A stretch of 55,190 bases of DNA from Dehalococcoidia bacterium (GTDB lineage: Bacteria > Chloroflexota > Dehalococcoidia > Bin125), in the NCBI GenBank assembly GCA_963555985.3, contig CAUVXV020000009.1, positions 1 to 55,190 on the forward strand, given 5' to 3'. Made by a program: the position numbers and the translations under genes. The notes beneath the pieces are model-generated. The model saw only the letters and a program-made list of their open reading frames with translations, was not told the origin of the DNA and did not search any database. Within the stretch, counting starts at the first letter, position 1. Every line of letters starts with the position of its first letter. Below are positions 48,250 to 55,190 of the stretch, in pieces.

Positions 48250-49275
48250 TTAGGTCGTCATCAGAGTCGGCGCGCGCAGTTCGGACATAATCTGGTCTTC
48301 GTTGAGCGGTTCGGCATCCTTGCGGTAGACCTGCACCCGGTGGGATCCGAAGTCGCAGATGTAGAGCAGCCCGTCCTGGTAGCGGACGCCCTGCGGGAAG
48401 CGCAGCAGTTTCTGCGGCTCCAGTGAGGTCATCTCGCGCAGGCGCAGCGTCTTCTGGTTGGCGCGGATGTACTCGCGCCCCATCTTTGAGAGTGTGGCCG
48501 AGCCGTAGAACGACTCCACGTAACGCCCGCGATGGTCGAACATCACGACGCGGTTCTTGTCGCGTTCCGCGACGTACAAGTCGCCGTGCTGGTCGACCGC
48601 AATCCCGCAGGGACGAGTCAGATGCTGTCCGTCGGGCATTGCGCCGAACTCGCTCAGCGGCTCGCCGCCTTCCGGGCCGAATTTCTGCACCCGATCGTTA
48701 CGCCAGTCGGAGACGTACATGTCGCCTTCGCCGTCGAACGCGATTCCCCAGGGCATGTTGAACTGCCCCGGCCCCGCGCCGAACTGTCCGAAGCCGCCCA
48801 GGTACTCGCCTTCGGCGCTGAACTGCTGGACGCGATGGTTCAGCGTGTCGACGATCCAGAGGTTCCCCGCCGGGTCGAAGGCCATCCCCGCCGGACGATC
48901 CAGCTGACCCGGCTCCGAGCCGTGCTCGCCCCATTGGCCGAGCTTCTCGCCTTCAGGTGAGTACGTGGTCACGTTGTGCGCGCCCTCGTCAAGCACCCAG
49001 AGGTTGCCGTCGTCGGAGCGCAGCAGCGCGACCGGCCAGGTGTGACCCGTGTCGGCCATCGTCCCGAGGTCGCCGTGCGAGACATGCCCGTTCAGATGCT
49101 GGTCGTTCAACATGCACATCCGGATGTTGCCGCCGACCCCGAGCTCGGTCCGACCGATCACGTACACCCGGTCGTCGCCGATGGCGATGTCGACCGGGAA
49201 GCTGGTTACTCGGCGCATTCCGATCACGTGGCTGTAGGGGTAGCCGGCGCGAAGCATGGCGTGTGGGAACGGCAT
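48250..49275 (-). CDS. NHL-repeat (6-bladed propeller) protein
   Basis: Repeated GQ(L/F)..P.G(M/I)A.D..G..(Y/W)V.D..N.RVQ.F units. Confidence 0.9.
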   Translation of the reverse strand: MPFPHAMLRAGYPYSHVIGMRRVTSFPVDIAIGDDRVYVIGRTELGVGGNIRMCMLNDQHLNGHVSHGDLGTMADTGHTWPVALLRSDDGNLWVLDEGAHNVTTYSPEGEKLGQWGEHGSEPGQLDRPAGMAFDPAGNLWIVDTLNHRVQQFSAEGEYLGGFGQFGAGPGQFNMPWGIAFDGEGDMYVSDWRNDRVQKFGPEGGEPLSEFGAMPDGQHLTRPCGIAVDQHGDLYVAERDKNRVVMFDHRGRYVESFYGSATLSKMGREYIRANQKTLRLREMTSLEPQKLLRFPQGVRYQDGLLYICDFGSHRVQVYRKDAEPLNEDQIMSELRAPTLMTT

Positions 49276-49356
49276 GGTCTCTGTCTCCTGCGGGGCGGCT
49301 CGGCGGCCGCCCCCTGCTGCCAGTGGTTCCAACCCTCTGTCCGGCGCGAACCGGCG

Positions 49357-50511
49357 TCAGTTGGCGAACATGGTCCGCTTGAACGGCTGGATCTGTTCGA
49401 AGTTGCCAACCACGATCTCTTCCGGCTCCACGCCCATCCACTGTTCGAGCATCGTGCCGTAGATGCCGCGGAAGTCGATCTTGTGCTGCAAGTCTTCGCC
49501 GTTGAGCCAGTCCTTCGGCGCGACCGACGGGTACTCGGCGTAGAGGCCGCCCTCAACGAGGTCGCCGACGATGAAGGCGCCGCCGCCGGAGCCGTGGTCG
49601 GTGCCGGAGCTGTTGTCCTTCATCCGCCGCCCAAACTCGGTGAAGACCAGGACCGAGACTTCTTCGGCGGCATCGTGCTCGCGCAGGTCGGTCATGAAGT
49701 CGTCCAACGCGCCTGAAAGCTCCTGGAGCAGCTTGGGATGCACAGGCGGCTGGTGCGAGTGCGTGTCGTAGCCGGCATGGTTCGTGTAGAACACGCGCGT
49801 GCCGACACCGGCGGTGTGAATCCGCGCGACATCGCGCAGCGCCTTGGAGATCGGGTTCGAGCCGTACTCTACCGACGAGCTGTACTGTCCCGGAACATCG
49901 GCCAGTACGTCCGCGCCGGCAAGCGAGTCGGTACCGGTCTGGCGCAGATAGTCCATCACCATCCCCGCTCCGACTGCGGGCGTGTACATCCGCTTGAAGA
50001 TCTCGAGGTCGCGGTTGCGATCTTCTTCGGCGGCGATGTCCGGCATCAGGCCGTAGTTGTCAAGGTCGCCAACCGAGGTTGCGGTCACGCCCGCCTTGAC
50101 CATCGCGCGCGGCAACCCGCGCCCGATGTTCACGCCGGTCAGCGGATTCTCTTTGTGCGGGTCCAGCCGTTCGATCAGCTTCGCCACCCAGCCCTCGGTC
50201 GAGATCCGGTCAGGCTCGCAAGTGTGCAGGATGTCCATCCCGCGGAAGTGCGAGCGCGACGAGTTCGGGTAGCCGATGCCCTGCACGACGGCGACATCGC
50301 CCTTGTCGTACAGGTCCTTCAGCCGCGAGGCGGCCGGGTTGAAGCCGAGTTGGTCATTGATCGGCAGCACTTCGTCCTGCGGGACGTTCACCAGCGGCCG
50401 CGCGTCGTAGTAGTGGCCCTCGTTGTAGGGGACGAGCGTGTTCATGAAGTCGTTCCCGCCCGTCAGCTGGACGATGACGAGGACGGGGTCTTTGTGACCG
50501 TTGGAGCTCAT
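49357..50511 (-). CDS. DUF1501 domain protein
   Basis: VQLTGGND, GYPNSSRSHF, GYDTH, TEFGRR and GTDHG motifs. Confidence 0.9.
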   Translation of the reverse strand: MSSNGHKDPVLVIVQLTGGNDFMNTLVPYNEGHYYDARPLVNVPQDEVLPINDQLGFNPAASRLKDLYDKGDVAVVQGIGYPNSSRSHFRGMDILHTCEPDRISTEGWVAKLIERLDPHKENPLTGVNIGRGLPRAMVKAGVTATSVGDLDNYGLMPDIAAEEDRNRDLEIFKRMYTPAVGAGMVMDYLRQTGTDSLAGADVLADVPGQYSSSVEYGSNPISKALRDVARIHTAGVGTRVFYTNHAGYDTHSHQPPVHPKLLQELSGALDDFMTDLREHDAAEEVSVLVFTEFGRRMKDNSSGTDHGSGGGAFIVGDLVEGGLYAEYPSVAPKDWLNGEDLQHKIDFRGIYGTMLEQWMGVEPEEIVVGNFEQIQPFKRTMFAN

Positions 50512-50606
50512 GCGATGTTTCCTGTCCGTTGGCTGCCACTGATGAAGCGCGTTCGTAGCTTCTCCTCTGCGGCAGATTACTTGTTCCTGTCCGTCCAGAA
50601 CGCCGC

Positions 50607-52016
50607 TTAGGCGAACTGATACTCGGGCGACGCGATCACGAGGCGCAGCGCCTGCGCCGCGCGTTCGCCGGCATCCTCACGACCCTCGTCGCTGCTCAGA
50701 TCCAGTTCACCGCCCGCGCCGGCGGCCTCGAGCAGGGCGTTGCGAGTGTTTTCCGAGACGTCAAGCGGTCCTGCGAATTCGAGCGCCGCATCGATCAGCG
50801 CCTCGGGCGAATGCGCGTCCTGGGAGTCGAGGTGATTGATCAGCTTCTGGACGCCGGGCGTCGTCGGGTCCGAGACGAGCTTGGAAGCGAAGTTGATCCG
50901 CTCCATCAGGGTGCCGCCGTCGATCCACTCTTTGCCCGTGTGCCAGCCCTCGACGGAGGGCGGATCCATCAGGCTCTGGCCCATCGCGCCCATCGTCATG
51001 TGCAGGTTCCACATCTCAGGCTGCGGCATCGAGAGCAGGCCGGAGAGCTTGTACGCGGCCGCGACCCACTCGGCCGGGCACTTGACCCGCTTGTAGATGC
51101 TCTCCTTGAACCACGAGGCGTTGAACAGCACCCGCATCACCGCGCGAATGTCGCCGTTCGATTCGGCGAAGGCCGAAGCGAGCTCATTCACCGCGGCCGG
51201 GTTGCGCGGGTCGGTCACGCTCCAGGCCGAGACGCCCGGCTCATCCTCAACGAAGAAGTTGTAGAGGTGACGCCCGATGAACCGTCCTGTCGCCGGCTGC
51301 TGCACGATGATGTCGATGATGTCATCGCCGTTCCAGGCTCCGGTGTGGCCGAGGAACGTCTTCTCGGAGTCGTCGTGCAGGTCGTCGCGGTAGACGAAGT
51401 GGGCCGGGTAGCCGCCGTGCGGGTAGAGCGGGATCGGCTGTTCAAACGTCCAGCCCGTGAACGAGTAGGCCGCCGCCTTGATATCGTCCTCGGTGTAGTT
51501 GCCGACGCCCATCGAGAACAGCTCCAGCAGTTCGCGTCCGTAGTTCTCGTTCGGCGCGCCCTTGACCGACTCGACATTATCCAGCCAGTAGATCATCGCC
51601 GGATCGCGCGAAAGCTGTCCCAGCAGCACCCGCATGTTGTCGAGGCCGTAGTCGCGGAACATCTGAATGTGCGGCGCCACCGAGGGCCCGTGCTCGGACT
51701 TGAACCAGGCGGTCGCGAACACGTGATGCCAGAACAGCGCCATCTTCTCGCGCAGCGGCGACTCCGAGTTCGCCATCCAGTAAATCCAGCGTCCACTCCA
51801 AGGCCACGGCGTATCGCTGTTCGCGAGCGCTGGGAAGTAGCGGAAAACTAGGTCGTCGTCCTGATCGACCACTTCCGGCGGATTGATCAGGTCCTCCACC
51901 AACTCTGCATAGGGCCGCTCCGCGAGCCGATCCAACTCATCCGGAGTCGCGCCGGCCCCCGCGCGCCGCATCAGATGAGCGACTAGCGCGCGTTGCTCAC
52001 TGCCTGCGTCGGACAT
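50607..52016 (-). CDS. DUF1800 domain protein
   Basis: HLMRRAG, EKMALFWH, DPAMIYWLDN, PNENYGRELLELF and SPEYQ motifs. Confidence 0.9.
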   Translation of the reverse strand: MSDAGSEQRALVAHLMRRAGAGATPDELDRLAERPYAELVEDLINPPEVVDQDDDLVFRYFPALANSDTPWPWSGRWIYWMANSESPLREKMALFWHHVFATAWFKSEHGPSVAPHIQMFRDYGLDNMRVLLGQLSRDPAMIYWLDNVESVKGAPNENYGRELLELFSMGVGNYTEDDIKAAAYSFTGWTFEQPIPLYPHGGYPAHFVYRDDLHDDSEKTFLGHTGAWNGDDIIDIIVQQPATGRFIGRHLYNFFVEDEPGVSAWSVTDPRNPAAVNELASAFAESNGDIRAVMRVLFNASWFKESIYKRVKCPAEWVAAAYKLSGLLSMPQPEMWNLHMTMGAMGQSLMDPPSVEGWHTGKEWIDGGTLMERINFASKLVSDPTTPGVQKLINHLDSQDAHSPEALIDAALEFAGPLDVSENTRNALLEAAGAGGELDLSSDEGREDAGERAAQALRLVIASPEYQFA

Positions 52017-52283
52017 ATGTGACACCCTTCCCGCACGTCCCTGGACGGACATGCACTGCGCACAGACAAATTCTCAATGCGCAATATACGCGATCACAGC
52101 GCCATAGTGCGCGCCCTCACGACCACCGCGAAGACTGTTGCAAGAATCCTATCCTCGCTTCCCCGCACGGGAGCGAGGGAGGCGAGCCTCTACCTGAAGC
52201 CGCTCCGAGGTGGCTCACCAGACCTCTCGCCTTATACTGCCCACCGGCGTCAGCAATTTTGCATCCCGTCCCTGGAGCGCTCC

Positions 52284-54038
52284 ATGAGTCTGCACAAGAC
52301 ATCCGGCAACGGCGACAGCGGCAAGTCCCCCGCCTACATGGATCGCACAACCGCCGCCGCCTACGACCGCTACCGCGAGACCGTCGTCGAGCGCGACAAC
52401 GCCTCCGCCCTGCACCAGGCCTTCGACCTGATCAGGGACGGACGCCCGACCACCGAGATCCTCTCCGAGACGATCCGCGCCCACGCGCCCTACACGCACG
52501 TGCCCTACCACCAGCGGATCGACGCCGGCATCGTCCGCTTCGTCAACAACGACCATTGCCTGCTCTCCGCGCGCGCCACGCTGGGCTTGCAGAACCTGGT
52601 CTCCGAGGAGCTGCGCCACCTGCCCTTGAGCCAGACCGCCTGGTACGTGCCCACCGGCCTCGACATCTGGAACCAGCTCAAGGGCCGGATGCCGGGCCAC
52701 TACTCGCGCCGCACCTACGACCCGGCCAAGTACCCCGACGGCCCCGCCCCGCCCGCCGCGCACTGGGACGACCAGGAACCGGCCGACTGGGACGGCTCCC
52801 TGGAAGAAGGCCTCAACGACTGGCTCACGCTGGTCCAGTACGGACACGTCAACGAGGAGTACTCACTCTTCCTCGGCCTCTGGCACAAGTTCCCCGAGCG
52901 CCGCGAAGAGATCCTGGCTCAGTTGATGTTCGCCGGCCTGATCGACGTGCAGGACAGAATGTTCTGGAACCGCTCCTACACCACCGGCCACAAGTCCTTC
53001 CGCGCCCGCTCCACGATCCAACTCGGACGCGCGATCGGCTGGGACAACGCCCAGCACGTGCTCTACGCCGGCGTGCCCGACCTCGCCGTCGGCCCGCGCT
53101 GGTACTCGCTCTACGAGTCCGCCTGCCAGATCATGATGTACCACCTCGAAGAGGAGCCGCCCGCCTCCTCGCTCAACGCGACGGCGGATTCCACCCGCGA
53201 TGTCGAACTCTTCCGCAACCGGCTCCCGCTCTCGCCGCCCGAGGCCGAGGGCCTGATCCGCGCGATCATCCGCGAGCCGGAGGAGTCCTACATCGAGGAC
53301 ATCGTGGCCCTGCTCAAGGCCGGGCGCTCGCCCAAGTCGATCCTCGACGCGATCCAGATCGCGGCCGCGCGCGTGGTGCTCGAATGCGGCCTGCCCGCCA
53401 ACTTCTCGATGCCCCAGCACGGCTACGAGTACACCAACATGCTCGGCTGGTTCTACCAGCACTTCGACCACCCGCACAAGACCAAGCTGCTCTTCATCGC
53501 GGCCAACTTCATCAACCAGTGCGCCCACTGGGTGACCAACTCCAAGGGCAACAAGACCCGCGGCGCGGCGACCTACTTCGCCGGTTACGCAATGGACGAG
53601 GACGCCCCGCCGATGTCGCAGGGCAAGCTGCTGGGCGAGCTCAACGAGGCGATGCTCGCGCTCGACGCCGAGCAGTCGGTCTTCTGGGTCGAGCACTACC
53701 TCAAGCAGGGCTACGGCGACGGGCCGCTGGTCGAGACCCTGGCCGACGGCATCGCCAAGCAGGGCAACGATCCCCACAACCAGGAGATCGGCCTCTGCAT
53801 GTTGGAGGACTACCGCCGCACCACGTCCGAGCTGCGCAACACGCTGCTGCTCTCGGCCGCCCACCACACCGCCGGTCACATGAAGTACGGCGACCAGTAC
53901 CAGTCCTACCGCTACTTCGCCGACGCCTTCGACATGCAGGTCGAGGACGGCTGTCTGGGCGAGACCCCGGTGCTCGAGAACCTCGCCGACGATGTTGAGG
54001 CCGAGCTGCTGGTCTCGGATCCCGCCAAGGCGACTTAG
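52284..54038 (+). CDS. Hypothetical 584-aa helical protein with repeated His motifs
   Basis: Strong C-ending codon bias and GGAG RBS; NNDH, TGH, PQH and DPH motifs. Confidence 0.8.
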   Translation: MSLHKTSGNGDSGKSPAYMDRTTAAAYDRYRETVVERDNASALHQAFDLIRDGRPTTEILSETIRAHAPYTHVPYHQRIDAGIVRFVNNDHCLLSARATLGLQNLVSEELRHLPLSQTAWYVPTGLDIWNQLKGRMPGHYSRRTYDPAKYPDGPAPPAAHWDDQEPADWDGSLEEGLNDWLTLVQYGHVNEEYSLFLGLWHKFPERREEILAQLMFAGLIDVQDRMFWNRSYTTGHKSFRARSTIQLGRAIGWDNAQHVLYAGVPDLAVGPRWYSLYESACQIMMYHLEEEPPASSLNATADSTRDVELFRNRLPLSPPEAEGLIRAIIREPEESYIEDIVALLKAGRSPKSILDAIQIAAARVVLECGLPANFSMPQHGYEYTNMLGWFYQHFDHPHKTKLLFIAANFINQCAHWVTNSKGNKTRGAATYFAGYAMDEDAPPMSQGKLLGELNEAMLALDAEQSVFWVEHYLKQGYGDGPLVETLADGIAKQGNDPHNQEIGLCMLEDYRRTTSELRNTLLLSAAHHTAGHMKYGDQYQSYRYFADAFDMQVEDGCLGETPVLENLADDVEAELLVSDPAKAT

Positions 54039-54092
54039 AGGAAGCGTCCCAGTCGTCACCGCCTGTCCTTGTGAGTGGTACGATCTGCTGAT

Positions 54093-55166
54093 ATGGCAAC
54101 CGCCGACGCCTCCAGCCACGCAACCAGCGACGAGCCAGAGCCGCCACATAACGTGGTCCGGCTCTCCGACGGCCGCGCGCTGAGCTGGGCCGAGTACGGC
54201 GATCCCACCGGCGCGCCGCTCTTCTTCCACCACGGCATTCCCTCCTCACGGCTCGCCGCCGCTGTCTTGGCCGACGCCGCGCTGCGCAACCGCGTCCGTC
54301 TGATCGCGCCCGAACGCCCAGGCTTCGGCTACTCCGATCCACTCCCGGACCGACGAATCACCGATTGGCCAAGCGACCTCGAACAGCTCGCCGACCATCT
54401 CCGGCTCGACACCTTCTCGGTCACCGGCATCTCCGCCGGACTGCCCTACACACTCGCCTGCGCCCTGCACATGCCCGAACGCCTCGATCGAGTCGCGCTT
54501 GTCTCCGGTCTTGGCCGGATCGACGACGCCGACATCCTCGAGGGCATGTCTTACGAGTGGCGTCTGATTTACACCCTCTTCCTCAAGTCCCGCCGTCTCG
54601 CCTCACTCTGGATGCGCGGCTACGGGCGCGCGGCTGTCAAACACCCCGACCGCGTTGTCGCCGAACAGATCAAGCGCATGCCCCCGGTTGACGGCGCCCT
54701 CCTCGGCTTGGAGCAAATCACTGCCAATCGGATCGCCGACCTTCGCCAGGCCTTCCGCCAGGGACCGGCCGCGGCCGGCATCGAAGCACTCCGCCACATG
54801 GAACCCTGGGGCTTCGATCTCAGCGAGATTGACTTCCCCGTCCTGCTCTGGCAAGGCAAGCTGGACGAGTCGCATCCAATCCGCATGGGCCGCCGGATCG
54901 CCGCCGACCTGCCCAACTGCCGCCCTATCTACGTCGATGGAGTCGGCTCACTTGGCTTCATCACCCACGCCGACGCGATCTTCGCCGCCCTCTTCCCAGA
55001 GCGCGCCGCCCCCAGCAGACCATCCTTCGCACGCCCGGAAGCAGCCTCTCTAGAGGACGTTTCCGGCGCAGCCGGAGCGGACGGCCTCGAAGGACTGCCG
55101 GAACTGCTGGACGCGCTCCAACTTGATGTCCTGCCCGACCCCCTCCCCGGCGACCCGGGCCATTAG
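54093..55166 (+). CDS. Alpha/beta hydrolase
   Basis: HGIPSSR, ERPGFGYS, GISAG and WQGKLD motifs; the C-terminal ~55 aa are low-complexity and uncertain. Confidence 0.85.
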   Translation: MATADASSHATSDEPEPPHNVVRLSDGRALSWAEYGDPTGAPLFFHHGIPSSRLAAAVLADAALRNRVRLIAPERPGFGYSDPLPDRRITDWPSDLEQLADHLRLDTFSVTGISAGLPYTLACALHMPERLDRVALVSGLGRIDDADILEGMSYEWRLIYTLFLKSRRLASLWMRGYGRAAVKHPDRVVAEQIKRMPPVDGALLGLEQITANRIADLRQAFRQGPAAAGIEALRHMEPWGFDLSEIDFPVLLWQGKLDESHPIRMGRRIAADLPNCRPIYVDGVGSLGFITHADAIFAALFPERAAPSRPSFARPEAASLEDVSGAAGADGLEGLPELLDALQLDVLPDPLPGDPGH

Positions 55167-55190
55167 GGCACACTCGCATTGCCCAAACCT

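Noticed and set aside
55049-55190. Possible 3' end of a minus-strand gene entering from the window edge
   Set aside because: An open frame exists, but it has no recognisable motif and overlaps the hydrolase tail; it cannot be supported.
1-55190. tRNA, rRNA or riboswitch (e.g. before metF or the BtuF-like gene)
   Set aside because: No recognisable signatures; those upstream regions are too short. An Infernal/Rfam scan would be decisive.

Overview
High-GC bacterial window. Gene content (luciferase-like monooxygenase, NHL-repeat protein, DUF1800/DUF1501 pair, Uma2 and PaREP1 genes, leaderless promoters) suggests Chloroflexota, possibly Dehalococcoidia/SAR202-like; this is an inference. The first ~15 kb is an accessory/defence-like island built around housekeeping genes (nuoB, nuoI, iscS). 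It holds six diverged Uma2 (DUF820) nuclease genes, a NERD-SF1 helicase, two paralogous DNA methyltransferases (one fused to HNH), a TIR protein, an AlkZ-like glycosylase and REP-like palindromes. The strongest signal is that two Uma2 genes are each bracketed by a near-perfect direct repeat starting at their stop codon: a 74-bp exact copy of the nuoI 3' end in one case and a 27/28-bp repeat in the other. Each also has its own candidate -10 box and no integrase is visible, so they look like single-gene cassettes added with target duplication. A family of non-coding elements with 10-bp-phased motifs occurs at ~6.2, 7.0, 15.1, 18.9 and 36.9 kb. The 19-34 kb block has many frameshifts, probably consensus errors, and includes an apparent DUF309-dUTPase fusion. 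The 34-55 kb block is metabolic/regulatory and contains several enzymes with substituted catalytic residues. No rRNA, tRNA, CRISPR array or transposase was recognised. All family calls are by motif recognition; no searches were run.
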